A stretch of 64,000 bases of DNA from Candidatus Woesearchaeota archaeon (GCA_016219865.1 JACRKF010000033.1:1960-65959), one strand, 5' to 3'. Shown: positions 28,732-38,349, counted from the stretch's first letter. Notes: generated by a model not told the origin, from the letters alone. Numbers and translations are program-made.

Positions 28732-29093
28732 ATTCAGATGTACTGATCTCTATCATGAATAACGATCTGAGAGTAAAAACTATATTTCAGTCGTTAGATT
28801 CACATTTCTATACAACTTCAATTAATTCATTTGAAATATGGTATGGTAGAAAAGATTCTGAGAATATATCTGAGTTATTGCAATCACTAATTAAATTAGA
28901 GCTGGATGACCATTCAGCAAGGATTGCTGCAGATATTCTCAGAGAATTAAGGAGAAAAGGCGAATTAATTGATGTAAAGGATTTGTTTATTGCTTCCATC
29001 TGTATTAAAAATAATCTAGAATTATTTACATTCAATAAAAAACATTTTGAACGATTACAGAAATACGGATTACAATTACCTAATTTTGAATAA
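28710..29093 (+). CDS. vapC: PIN-domain ribonuclease toxin VapC
   Basis: CLDSDVLI N-terminal acidic motif and FIASICIKNNLELFTFNKKHF C-terminal PIN motifs. Overlaps the antitoxin 3' end. Confidence 0.65.
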   Translation: MVRKICLDSDVLISIMNNDLRVKTIFQSLDSHFYTTSINSFEIWYGRKDSENISELLQSLIKLELDDHSARIAADILRELRRKGELIDVKDLFIASICIKNNLELFTFNKKHFERLQKYGLQLPNFE

Positions 29094-29107
29094 AAAAGGT
29101 TATAACA

Positions 29108-29662
29108 ATGCAGATACCAAAAGAAGCAAAAAAAGTATTTTCCGGCTATATCTTTAATATTTGGCACTGGCAGCAAGAGATGTTTGATGGTAGTTTTGAA
29201 ACATTTGAAATGATTGAGCGAAGAGCAGTTGTTGATATAATTGCAACAGTTGGCAATAAGATAATTACATTAGAGCAAGAACAACCTGCTAGAAAAAAGT
29301 ATCCTGCATTGCCTGGCGGAATGATTGACAAGGGTGAATTGCCAATCAACAGCGCAAAAAGAGAGTTGCGTGAAGAAACAGGATATAATTGTAAAAATAT
29401 AGAGCTTCTTGATGAGGATACTGGCAAAGGAAAACAATATTTTCATCAATCAATCTTTCTGGCAAAAGATTGTATCAAAGAAGGAATGCAGCATCTTGAT
29501 AAAGGAGAAAAGATAACTGTCAAACTTGTTTCTTATGATGAATTTTTGCAGCTTTGCAGAGATCCTCAGTTTGCTGCGCCGTATAAATTAATTTTTAAGA
29601 TGTATGAGTGTTTATTGGATAGAAATAAGAAAGAAGATTTTAGGAAGAAGATATTTGGTTGA
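29108..29662 (+). CDS. Nudix hydrolase
   Basis: Nudix box GGMIDKGELPINSAKRELREETGY. Confidence 0.8.
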   Translation: MQIPKEAKKVFSGYIFNIWHWQQEMFDGSFETFEMIERRAVVDIIATVGNKIITLEQEQPARKKYPALPGGMIDKGELPINSAKRELREETGYNCKNIELLDEDTGKGKQYFHQSIFLAKDCIKEGMQHLDKGEKITVKLVSYDEFLQLCRDPQFAAPYKLIFKMYECLLDRNKKEDFRKKIFG

Positions 29663-30046
29663 TTATGCTTTCATCTCACATAATACTTCTGATTCTAATA
29701 AAGGTGTTGTAACTTTCGTCATAATTATTTCTTCTTTCTGAATTCTTTTGTTTCTTAACAAAAGAGAGAAATGTAATTTAAGATTAATAGTGTTGTCTTC
29801 AACTTTTATAATGAACTCCCATTTGCTGAGACTGTTAAATGCATTCTTAGACAACCTAAATAGTTTTGATGCGTCAAATATCTGAATTCCTGTAATATAT
29901 CCTTCTTTATCAATATCTAACACAAAATTATTTAATTCAAGCGATTTCTTATAATCCCTCTCTTTGATCTTAAAAAAAAGAATATCATTAGATAAATCAT
30001 AGGCAGATTCTCCCTTTCCACGCGCATCTAGTTTTTTTAAGCTCAT
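29663..30046 (-). CDS. DUF2283-like small protein (putative antitoxin partner)
   Basis: YDLSNDILFFKIKE...GYITGIQIFDASKL resembles the DUF2283 Y-D-x-E-x-D-x-L-Y-I fold. Lies immediately downstream of a DUF4258-like ORF. Confidence 0.4.
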   Translation of the reverse strand: MSLKKLDARGKGESAYDLSNDILFFKIKERDYKKSLELNNFVLDIDKEGYITGIQIFDASKLFRLSKNAFNSLSKWEFIIKVEDNTINLKLHFSLLLRNKRIQKEEIIMTKVTTPLLESEVLCEMKA

Positions 30047-30047
30047 T

Positions 30048-30362
30048 TTATATCCTTGGTAAATGTTCTGTTATGAAAAAAGTAATAATTTCAATACATT
30101 CTGTCTTGACTGATATAATCATTCTGATATATCCATAATTTCTTTTGTAAAATACAGCGTAATTCTTGTTTTCCTGGATTCCTATTAAATGAGGGCTTTC
30201 TTTAGTTAAAAGATAAATAAGATAGTCTTCCTTATATATTTTTCTTTGCATCTCGCTAAGACGATATAAGGCATGCGGGGAAATGACAATATTATTTTTA
30301 TATTTACTTATTAAATAACCCCATTCTTCTTTTGATATTATCTCTATAATCTTCGTTGCCAT
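30048..30362 (-). CDS. DUF4258-like small protein (putative toxin partner)
   Basis: ISPHALYRLSEMQRKIYKEDYL matches the DUF4258 F-S-x-H-A-x-x-R-x-x-E-R motif. 1-nt spacing from the DUF2283-like ORF. Confidence 0.4.
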   Translation of the reverse strand: MATKIIEIISKEEWGYLISKYKNNIVISPHALYRLSEMQRKIYKEDYLIYLLTKESPHLIGIQENKNYAVFYKRNYGYIRMIISVKTECIEIITFFITEHLPRI

Positions 30363-30498
30363 GTATACATTTAACAGTTTAACAGAAACTTATTAATAAG
30401 ATTATACACCCAAAGAGCGAAATAATCTCTTAATTTTAGAGAAATAATACAGAAAATTTGAAAAACTTTCTGAAAAAACGATTATTTCTAGAAATTCT

Positions 30499-30600
30499 TC
30501 AACTTTTCTGAAAATCCAATGATAATGAATTAACACAATGCCGTATGTTTTTCTTTGTCAGATGTTCACCTTCAAACACATGACCAAGATGAGCATTACC
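30499..30600 (-). pseudogene. msrB: C-terminal relic of methionine-R-sulfoxide reductase MsrB (33 codons, no start codon)
   Basis: Minus-strand translation (R)[33 protein letters not shown] carries the MsrB signatures HLGHVF and R[YH]C[IV]NS. An in-frame stop lies immediately upstream, and no N-terminal part is present. Confidence 0.45.
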
Positions 30601-30741
30601 TCTTTAATTTACTTTAATAAGGATATAAATTATCGCCGATAAATTTAATATAATAACATAATTAGAAAAAGAAAATTAAAAAAGACAAATACTTTATCGA
30701 ACTTTTTGAAATAATTATCCATCTTTTATTCACTAATATGA

Positions 30742-31311
30742 CTAAAACTCCACTTTAACATCTTGCTTGTCAGCTTCTGAAACTTTGAACATCTCTTTTT
30801 TCTGCAAAGCCATCATTCTTGCTACAATCATGTCAGGAAATGATTCAATCCTAATATTAAAGTTATTTGTGCTGTCATTGTAATATTCTCTTCTATCAGC
30901 TAATTCATTTTCAATGCCTGAGATTCTGCCTTGCAACTGGATAAAATTTTCATTTGCTTTTAAGTTTGGATAATTTTCTGCAACTGCAAACAATGATTTT
31001 AATGCTCCAGACAAAACACCGTCAGCTGCTGCTTTTTGTGAAGTTGTTGTTGCATTTAGGAAAGCTGTTCTTGCTTTGACAATGTTCTCAAGCAATGTCT
31101 TTTCATGCTTCATATAACCTTTAACTGAAGCAATTAACTTAGGAAGTTCATCACTTCTTTGTTTTAAAAGAACATCGATATTTGCAAATGCTTTTTCAAT
31201 ATTATTCTTTAATGTTACTAACCCATTGTAAATTCCAACTAAATATGCAATAAATCCAATTACAAAGAGGATTACTGCTACTAAGATTATAATTGTTAAT
31301 CCGACTGCCAT
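30742..31311 (-). CDS. lemA: LemA family membrane protein
   Basis: N-terminal TM followed by YNGLVTLKNNIEKAFANIDVLLKQRSDELPKLIASVKGYMKHEKTLLE, the canonical LemA block. Confidence 0.8.
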   Translation of the reverse strand: MAVGLTIIILVAVILFVIGFIAYLVGIYNGLVTLKNNIEKAFANIDVLLKQRSDELPKLIASVKGYMKHEKTLLENIVKARTAFLNATTTSQKAAADGVLSGALKSLFAVAENYPNLKANENFIQLQGRISGIENELADRREYYNDSTNNFNIRIESFPDMIVARMMALQKKEMFKVSEADKQDVKVEF

Positions 31312-31370
31312 ATTGACTGTACCTCCATATTATTTATTATGATAGTTTCTATTGTAGTATATATAATTTT

Positions 31371-32189
31371 CTAAAACATTCCAATATAAAACAACACATA
31401 AGTCAAACAAGCTAATGCTAAAACAGCTCCACCTATAATGCCGCCAAACACAGACCATTTCATTGATGACAATACTGCTTTTTCATCTTTGTCAGAGATG
31501 TAGTAGGTTGCATTATTTCCTTTTTGAATCATAATGCCTTCTTCATTGAATCTAGCTGTGCCTTCTTTAATAAATGGATTCTTTCCAGCAGTGCCTAGAA
31601 TATATAATTTATCGCCTGGCGCAATATAATATTCACGATAACGCATTGTTAGATTTCCACCAAACCATCCTTCAAATGAAACTTTATTTGCTTTTAAAAA
31701 ATTCAATACATTTGCTGGCGGGTCTTTGCCAAAACTAGAGTTATATTCTGTGTCAACTGGAATATCCAACTCTGCTTTTTCTGTATCAACTAAAACACTG
31801 CCTGTCTTGTCTTTGACTAACAAATATTTTCCAGCAGTACCTTCTTTAACAGTTACCCAATATGAGCTTCTTCTGCTTCGCACGTATTTTTCTACAGTAT
31901 ATTTGTAAAAAAGACATTCTTTTTGAGAAAATGGTGATTTTAATATTTCTTTTGGAACAGCTTGACCGAAATTAGTTACCTTGCTTTTTAACAATTCTTG
32001 ATAAGGAAGAACAACAGCATAAACTTCAACCAACCCAATTGCTAATGAACGAATATTAGATGTAGGCATATTTTCAATTGTGCGTTTTAGTTTCAGTTTC
32101 TTAAAACCTTTATAGAAAAACCATAAGCCTCCGAAAAATCCAACTATTGAATAAACAAATAGTTTTGCTGCTCCTTCACCAGATGCCAT
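31371..32189 (-). CDS. Two-TM membrane protein downstream of LemA (possible GIDE-like domain protein)
   Basis: N- and C-terminal TM helices flank a ~200-aa soluble domain. LemA adjacency is typical for GIDE/TPM-type partners. No motif confirmation. Confidence 0.3.
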   Translation of the reverse strand: MASGEGAAKLFVYSIVGFFGGLWFFYKGFKKLKLKRTIENMPTSNIRSLAIGLVEVYAVVLPYQELLKSKVTNFGQAVPKEILKSPFSQKECLFYKYTVEKYVRSRRSSYWVTVKEGTAGKYLLVKDKTGSVLVDTEKAELDIPVDTEYNSSFGKDPPANVLNFLKANKVSFEGWFGGNLTMRYREYYIAPGDKLYILGTAGKNPFIKEGTARFNEEGIMIQKGNNATYYISDKDEKAVLSSMKWSVFGGIIGGAVLALACLTYVLFYIGMF

Positions 32190-32260
32190 AGTGATTCTAA
32201 ATAGTGCAACTATTTAAAATTAATGATAAATTTATAAACAATCATTAGTTCCTTTAACAT

Positions 32261-32836
32261 ATGATAATCGGCATTACTGGATATATAGGCGCAGGAAAAA
32301 CTACTGCTGCAACATTCTGTAAAGAATTAGGTTACAGCATTGTTGATTGCGACAGCATTGGTCATGAGATTCTTGAGAAAGATACTGAAATCCAGCATAA
32401 ATTAATTGGAAGATATGGCAATAAGATAATTGGAAGAGATTTAAAGATTAATCGGGAAATATTAGCAGAACTTATTTTTAATAATCAAGAAAACATTGAC
32501 GAATTAAATAAGATAATACATCCAAAATTAAAAGCAATTGTATACCAATTGCTCGATAAAGCAGCGCAAGAAAATAAAAAAGTGATTGTTGAAGCTGCTA
32601 TACTAAAAGAACTTGAATTAGACACAAAAGTTGATAAGATTATTATCATTAAATCTGAGATTAGCATAATCTATGAGCGATTAAAGAAAAGATATTCGCA
32701 AAAACAAGTTGTTAATATCATGAACAAGCAATTGCTTCCTAAAAAGTATGATTATTTAATCTTAAATAATGAAAGCATTGAAGAATTAAAAAGACGTGTT
32801 GTTGAGATTGTAAATAAGCTGTCAAAATTCTCTTAA
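32261..32836 (+). CDS. coaE: Dephospho-CoA kinase (bacterial-type CoaE family)
   Basis: P-loop GITGYIGAGKTT, DCDSIGHEIL, and IIHPKLKAIV (the THPxI motif). Confidence 0.65.
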   Translation: MIIGITGYIGAGKTTAATFCKELGYSIVDCDSIGHEILEKDTEIQHKLIGRYGNKIIGRDLKINREILAELIFNNQENIDELNKIIHPKLKAIVYQLLDKAAQENKKVIVEAAILKELELDTKVDKIIIIKSEISIIYERLKKRYSQKQVVNIMNKQLLPKKYDYLILNNESIEELKRRVVEIVNKLSKFS

Positions 32837-32837
32837 T

Positions 32838-35054
32838 TTATTCTATTTTAACGCACAATCTATCGATGCCTATATCAACAAAGCTTAGCATTTGATTTGT
32901 TGTGTAACTTATTGATTTTCCTGAGAAACCAATTGGTTTTCCATCTTTTAATATACAAACAAATATATTCTCAAATATTGGCAGATTATTGAATGAACCT
33001 GATTTTACTTCTGCATTATTTACATTTAATTGTAGTTTACCATCTGCATTAATTATTACATTTGATCCTTGAAAGAATGGATATGCTAGTTGTTGTTTGC
33101 AATTTGTTTGCTTTTTTATCTTTGTCATATCAAGATCATTTAAGTTAATTACTAAATGTATTGCTGAAGTTGTTTTATAATTTAAATCATAATTATATAG
33201 GTGAAGCAGATCTAAATGAATTGATTCAGGTTCAAGGATGTACAGTTCATTATTGTAATAATAATATGCGTACTGATTATAATCTATTGATGGTTCAAGT
33301 ATAGTTGATGGTGTATCAGTCATATCGCTAAAAAGCAATACTCTGCTGCCATCTTCATCTTCTTTGATAACCCTAAGATAATTATGAGCAACTGTTGAGA
33401 GTTCTTGATTTTCTTGATTATCTGTTGATCCTTGACAATCAGATTTATCATATGCATTTCCAGAGTTACATATATTTGATGATTTTCGTTGAGCTTCAAC
33501 TTCTTCTGGAGTTTTATAATAACATTTTCCATAATCGATTACAGTTTTAAAGTTGTTTCCTGTTGTTGTATCTTGTGTTGCTTCTTGTATTAAAGAATAT
33601 TCGCCAAAATTACTTGCATCAGCTGCTTCATCGCATTTTTTGATTGTATCCGCAATAGTATCAGGTTCCATCTTCTTATTTGTTGCATCAATTTTATGAT
33701 TGTTAATCTGCAATAGAATTCCAAAATCCAATGTAATCTCCTGTGATGATTTATCATTTAGATTAATCTTTTTATTTTTTGTTTCTCTTTCTGATAGGAT
33801 TATTGATTTTGCATTTTCAGCTTGTTTGTATTGATCAGAACTTCTCTCAGCTATGTCTGACTTAGGAATGACATATAATTCATCATTAAATAACTCTAAG
33901 TCTGCTGCATTAGTTGAGATTAAATCAAAATGTGTTTTGGGTTCATTATTATCTATGAATAACAACTCTTTCTGCTGTCCAAGACGAACAATCCTCAAAT
34001 AATATTGTTGAACTGTTTCTGGACATTTTCCTGTTTCAATTCTCCTAGTCATACCGTCTGCGCCAACAAATTCCTTTTTCAGATTGCCATTCTTATTAAG
34101 ATTAGAGATATCATCGCATGACTCAATAAGATTTTCTTTCACCTCAATAAATGGTGTATCAAGATTTATCTTTTCACCAAGGTTTGTTTCATCAAGATTG
34201 CCTTGCGCATCAAAATAATATCTGTAAATTGCTTTTTGTTGCGCTATTGCTGGAAGAAAATCAATGCGTTGATTATTATAAGCTCCTTGTTTTAACAGTT
34301 TAAAATAATCAGTTGGATTTGTCTTAGCTATTGTTTCTTCTCTGCAAGCATCATATATTTTTTGGAGTTCTGCAAAGTTCTTATCGATTATAGGCATGAA
34401 TCCTGGAGAAGTGCAGCACATTGGATCATTAACATTGCAGTTATTTGAGCAGAATGTTATTTCATCATTCAATTTTACAATCTTTAATGGATAAACTTTA
34501 TCAAAACTTTTTATATAAACGCAGTCATAAGTCTTTGTGCTGTCATACTGTTTTATGTCAGATACATATTTCTGCATAAACAATGGATCCATTTTTGAAA
34601 AGAATTGATATCTTGTCTGTGTTGCTTTTTTTGTAATTGGTTTGCATTCAATTATTTCATTGCATAATCCAATAGCGCTTGATTTGCATAAACAAAGACA
34701 GTCGCTTGTCTTGCATTCTTGTGGAAGTTCTTTATCAAACATTCTGATATTCTTGCCTTCTTTATTATCGCCTTTTACTTCTTCAACAAATTCGCATAAT
34801 TCTGGAGTTGTATCGATTATCGCATAATCACTGTCTAATTTAAACGGTCTTTCTATTGGTTTATTATCAGCCATAATATCCAGAGTTGCTAACAGGCTAT
34901 GAAAACTTTCTTTTGCAGCTTGTTCAGTTGAATCATGAAAAAAGAGTTGATAGATTCCAACTGCAAGAATTAAAAGAACAATGAAAGCTGCTGCTACTAA
35001 CACAGCTTCTGCTACTGTTTCTAATGTCATCATCTCAGCTTTTTTATGGCGCAT
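32838..35054 (-). CDS. Large Cys-rich extracellular protein with a pilin-like N-terminus
   Basis: MRHKKAEMMTLETVAEAVLVAAAFIVLLILAVG (KKAE + TM), then 700 aa rich in Cys with no recognisable catalytic motif. Confidence 0.5.
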   Translation of the reverse strand: MRHKKAEMMTLETVAEAVLVAAAFIVLLILAVGIYQLFFHDSTEQAAKESFHSLLATLDIMADNKPIERPFKLDSDYAIIDTTPELCEFVEEVKGDNKEGKNIRMFDKELPQECKTSDCLCLCKSSAIGLCNEIIECKPITKKATQTRYQFFSKMDPLFMQKYVSDIKQYDSTKTYDCVYIKSFDKVYPLKIVKLNDEITFCSNNCNVNDPMCCTSPGFMPIIDKNFAELQKIYDACREETIAKTNPTDYFKLLKQGAYNNQRIDFLPAIAQQKAIYRYYFDAQGNLDETNLGEKINLDTPFIEVKENLIESCDDISNLNKNGNLKKEFVGADGMTRRIETGKCPETVQQYYLRIVRLGQQKELLFIDNNEPKTHFDLISTNAADLELFNDELYVIPKSDIAERSSDQYKQAENAKSIILSERETKNKKINLNDKSSQEITLDFGILLQINNHKIDATNKKMEPDTIADTIKKCDEAADASNFGEYSLIQEATQDTTTGNNFKTVIDYGKCYYKTPEEVEAQRKSSNICNSGNAYDKSDCQGSTDNQENQELSTVAHNYLRVIKEDEDGSRVLLFSDMTDTPSTILEPSIDYNQYAYYYYNNELYILEPESIHLDLLHLYNYDLNYKTTSAIHLVINLNDLDMTKIKKQTNCKQQLAYPFFQGSNVIINADGKLQLNVNNAEVKSGSFNNLPIFENIFVCILKDGKPIGFSGKSISYTTNQMLSFVDIGIDRLCVKIE

Positions 35055-35310
35055 TTAGATCACAATCTTGCTCTTGTCCAGATTCATCTTTGTACTTGCC
35101 ATTATCTGCTAATCCATCACCGTCGCTATCATCAGGAGAATTTGCTGGAACTAAGCAATCTTGCTGCGAAGTTGTTTTTTCCTTTATATTTGTCAGTGAT
35201 TTCATAAAATCCTTAACAGAACCTGAAGAAATCATAATCAGTAAGAATCCAAACACTAATGAAACAATCATTATTACAAGCCAAAATGGCATTTCTGCTT
35301 TTTTATCCAT
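35044..35310 (-). CDS. Small pilin-like protein with a C-terminal Asp-rich calcium-binding-like motif
   Basis: Real start taken as MDKKAEMPFWLVIMIVSLVF (track start 35358 is a TTG). C-terminus DDSDGDGLADNGKYKDESGQEQDCD resembles a TSP3-type DxDxDG repeat. Confidence 0.45.
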   Translation of the reverse strand: MDKKAEMPFWLVIMIVSLVFGFLLIMISSGSVKDFMKSLTNIKEKTTSQQDCLVPANSPDDSDGDGLADNGKYKDESGQEQDCDLNAP

Positions 35311-35365
35311 AAAAAACATCCTCCCTTTAGTAGTCATTACTCCTATGTTAAAAAACAATAAAAAA

Positions 35366-35379
35366 TGAACGAAGTGAAT
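35366..35379 (+). promoter_or_regulatory. 14-nt element TGAACGAAGTGAAT inside the 9-bp inverted repeat CAATAAAAA...TTTTTATTG, with no downstream plus-strand gene
   Basis: 27-mer nearly identical to the 5701–5727 copy. Lies inverted ~56 nt upstream of the minus-strand gene starting at 35310. Confidence 0.35.
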
Positions 35380-35391
35380 TTTTATTGTTTT

Positions 35392-35856
35392 TTAGTTATT
35401 TAAACAACATACTTCTCCTTTATTGTCGCAATTAGTATATAATACATAATTAATTTTTCCATCTGTTGATTTGCAGCTTTCTTTTTTTATGCAGCTTCCT
35501 TGTTGTGATTCACAAGCAAGATAGCAGCATACTTGTTCACTTGCTGAGTTATCTGTAGTTGTGCTATCAGAACCATCTGCAGATTTTAACGGATTTGTTT
35601 TTCCGCAGGATAATGCTAATGTTTGTCCTTTTTGATCACTGCATTCTGTTGAAGACATGCATTTGCCTTGTTTTGACTCGCAATCATTAAGGCTGTATCG
35701 AAATAGAGATGATTGTTTGCCAAATATAAATAACAATACAAAAAGAACTACTAATGCAAGTATTACAATCACAACTGTATTTATTGCTAAATCTGCTTTC
35801 TTATTTTTTTGGTTCATAGTTTCAACTCTTTTTTTACTATTGTATTTATTAATCAC
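35392..35856 (-). CDS. Small Cys-rich secreted protein with a duplicated CES-QG-C module
   Basis: N-terminal ...MNQKNKKADLAINTVVIVILALVVLFVL. Two copies of the module CESKQGKC...C...VCC / CESQQGSC...C...VCC. Confidence 0.45.
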   Translation of the reverse strand: MINKYNSKKRVETMNQKNKKADLAINTVVIVILALVVLFVLLFIFGKQSSLFRYSLNDCESKQGKCMSSTECSDQKGQTLALSCGKTNPLKSADGSDSTTTDNSASEQVCCYLACESQQGSCIKKESCKSTDGKINYVLYTNCDNKGEVCCLNN

Positions 35857-35901
35857 TTGTTTATTCTCATAGCTGCATTTTCTTTTTCAGCAATTACTGA
35901 T

Positions 35902-36462
35902 TCATTTTTTCTCTTCTTGTATTTTTGCCATATAATAAACTGCATCTAAATAAATAGAGCTATCTTTCGCATTTTCAATCAAGTAGTTTGCTTTCTCTTC
36001 TGCATGAACAAAGTCTTTATTTTTAAAATATAGTTGGAGCAGCACATGTGTTATTTCTTCCTTTAAATTATCATCATCTTCAATAATTAATAACTTCTCT
36101 CTTATTTCAATAACTTTTTCAATATTTAGATTATTTTCTCTGTCATATAACTGCAAGAATCTTTCTAATATCTCTTTATTTTTAACTGCATTATTAGATT
36201 GTGCAATGAATTCATAACACACAACATAAGCGCTATCTATATCTGAACTTTTTTTTTCTTGTCCAGAAAGGTAAGTTCTGCAATCAATTTCCAATATATC
36301 AACCTTTTGCTGTTGATTAAGCAGTTTTTGTTCTTCTGTAAACTTTATGAATGATATTTTATCAATAAATTCTTTACCCATGCTGTATAATGCTTTAGGG
36401 AAGACAGTAATAAATATCAGAAAGAATATTGCAACCAATAAAGCAACCAATTTCCAATTCAT
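35902..36462 (-). CDS. Pilin-like N-terminus membrane protein
   Basis: Probable start MNWKLVALLVAIFFLIFITVF preceded by KNKKKAD (track start 36507). C-terminal helical region. Confidence 0.4.
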   Translation of the reverse strand: MNWKLVALLVAIFFLIFITVFPKALYSMGKEFIDKISFIKFTEEQKLLNQQQKVDILEIDCRTYLSGQEKKSSDIDSAYVVCYEFIAQSNNAVKNKEILERFLQLYDRENNLNIEKVIEIREKLLIIEDDDNLKEEITHVLLQLYFKNKDFVHAEEKANYLIENAKDSSIYLDAVYYMAKIQEEKK

Positions 36463-36481
36463 ATCCGCTTTTTTTTTATTT

Positions 36482-36613
36482 TTAGAAAAGATTTGCAATA
36501 AATTCACCTAATTTTCCTTTTGAAAGATATATTAAAGCTATGATTACAACTAGCATGATTAATGCGAAAATCATCATGACTATCCTAAATTCCATCTCTG
36601 CTTCTTTTTTCAT
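36482..36613 (-). CDS. 43-aa single-TM micro-protein (not in the ORF track)
   Basis: Manual translation gives MKKEAEMEFRIVMMIFALIMLVVIIALIYLSKGKLGEFIANLF. Preceded by TGAGGAGATTTTTTATTATG. Confidence 0.4.
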   Translation of the reverse strand: MKKEAEMEFRIVMMIFALIMLVVIIALIYLSKGKLGEFIANLF

Positions 36614-36627
36614 AATAAAAAATCTCC

Positions 36628-37527
36628 TCATTTCTTATTTTGTTCTTCTATTTTCAACTTTGTTTGTTGTTCTGCAGGAAGTTCATTGCAGTTTAAACCT
36701 TGCAATGCTTGTTCTGAATAAGGCCATAATACTGTTGCAGCGCTCCAGTCAGCAGCTTTGTCGTTTCCTGCTGCATAACCTATTGCCCCGCCAGCAATTG
36801 TGCCAAGCAATGCATATCCTGTTGCTGCAAAAACACCAACACCAGGAATTAAGATTGTTGATGCGCCAACAACAGTGCCTGCCCCTATGCCAGCCGGAGT
36901 AGACCACATTTTATTGACATAACCTTTTTTTGCATATAGCAATAGTACTGCATAGTTTCCTTTTGTAATTATACTATCTTCTGTGCTTTGCTGAGTTTTA
37001 ATAGTTTGTGTTTCTTCAGCTGTTGTATATGGAGAAATATATTTCTTATAATTTTGTTTGCCTAAAAAAGGCGGAATAGGATTTGATTCAAGAAATTGAA
37101 GAAAACCTTTAATCTCTATATTTGCAGCAGAGCCTTCAAAAGAAACCAATGAGCAAACAACGCAATAATTCTTTTCTTCATTAAACAAAACATCAAACAG
37201 ATCTTTTTTGCCCTCACCAAATTTAAACCAGCAATATGCCATTTGATTTGCTAACTTCTTCTGAATAAGAGTTGGATCTTTTTCTGCAATAACTATTTTC
37301 TGTGTTGGACAATCTAATCCTGTGCCAGCTATATCTTCTTGTTTGAATTGAATGCCTTTTATTTTTGTTTGTGACTGAATATCAACTGACTGTCTGCATG
37401 ATTCAATTGATTTAAATTCCTTTTGTTTTTGATGAACTGGAATCAGCCATAGCAATAATACTATTAAAGTAACGATTATTATAGCTATACTCGCCATTGC
37501 ATTAAACTCATTTGCTTTTTTATTCAT
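36628..37527 (-). CDS. Pilin-like surface protein, paralogue of 37555..38322
   Basis: Start MNKKANEFNAMASIAIIIVTLIV (track start 37536 is the ATG embedded in the SD-like GGAGCGATG). Shares the DCP...M..CW.KFGE...Y.NVCV.C block with its upstream neighbour. Gly-rich C-terminal TM region. Confidence 0.5.
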   Translation of the reverse strand: MNKKANEFNAMASIAIIIVTLIVLLLWLIPVHQKQKEFKSIESCRQSVDIQSQTKIKGIQFKQEDIAGTGLDCPTQKIVIAEKDPTLIQKKLANQMAYCWFKFGEGKKDLFDVLFNEEKNYCVVCSLVSFEGSAANIEIKGFLQFLESNPIPPFLGKQNYKKYISPYTTAEETQTIKTQQSTEDSIITKGNYAVLLLYAKKGYVNKMWSTPAGIGAGTVVGASTILIPGVGVFAATGYALLGTIAGGAIGYAAGNDKAADWSAATVLWPYSEQALQGLNCNELPAEQQTKLKIEEQNKK

Positions 37528-37554
37528 AAAAAACATCGCTCCGCTCGTTTCTTA

Positions 37555-38322
37555 TCAACCATACATTACCTCACATCTGAGCATATTCTGATTATCTAAC
37601 AGTTGTTCTTCATCAAGTATTGAGAGACGAAATTCATCATCATCAGTGTTTGAAACAGGAGTTGGCTTATAATCCACAATATTATGATAAATTAGATAGT
37701 ATGTTTTTCCAGCTGCAATTTGTGATGAATAGAACCAAAATAGATCCAACTGACCATTCTTAGTGAAGTAAGAGTAGTAATTTTGATCGCTAAAAGGCAG
37801 AGTTGCTTTTGATAAATAAGTTGTAAACGCAGTTCCTAATTCAATTGGTTGTATAGCTTGTGTGCTATCAATCTGAAATTGCGCGCAAAATACACATACA
37901 TTTTTGTAGCTTGCTTTATTTCTATCAAATACACTTCCGCCTGCTTCTCCAAAGTTTTTCCAGCAGATTCTCATTCTTTCTGCTAACACAGGATAAACTA
38001 CTTGTGAGTTTAATGCTTTATATGAATCAACAATTGTCTTTCTATTGCCGTCTGCTATAGCTATTGGTGTTTTTTTCTGATCTATTTCAAGATGATCTCC
38101 ATAGAAATTAATATATGTTCTTGGGCAATCAATTGGAACAGGAGATGAATCACCTGATATTCCAATTTTCGTTGCTTTATGCACTGCTGCAGTTGCTGCG
38201 CATTTTTCATCTTTTTCCTTTGAAATTAATTTTGCTAGCAATGGAGCTTCTATTGAGAGAAATATTATTAAAGAAACAACTAATATAATTATAGCATTAA
38301 TTCTGGAAATACCTCTTTTCAT
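37555..38322 (-). CDS. Pilin-like surface protein, paralogue of 36628..37527
   Basis: MKRGISRINAIIILVVSLIIFL (K-R-G followed by a hydrophobic stretch, resembling a class III signal). Shared DCPRTY...RICWKNFGEAGG...YKNVCVFC block. Confidence 0.5.
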   Translation of the reverse strand: MKRGISRINAIIILVVSLIIFLSIEAPLLAKLISKEKDEKCAATAAVHKATKIGISGDSSPVPIDCPRTYINFYGDHLEIDQKKTPIAIADGNRKTIVDSYKALNSQVVYPVLAERMRICWKNFGEAGGSVFDRNKASYKNVCVFCAQFQIDSTQAIQPIELGTAFTTYLSKATLPFSDQNYYSYFTKNGQLDLFWFYSSQIAAGKTYYLIYHNIVDYKPTPVSNTDDDEFRLSILDEEQLLDNQNMLRCEVMYG

Positions 38323-38349
38323 TATAAAAACTCCTCCAAGTCGTTTTTA

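Noticed and set aside
35366-35391. Treated the plus-strand copy of the 14-nt element at 35366 as the leader of a plus-strand gene
   Set aside because: Only a 16-codon TTG-initiated reading frame follows. The nearest genes are both on the minus strand, so this copy is kept only as an orphan or inverted element.
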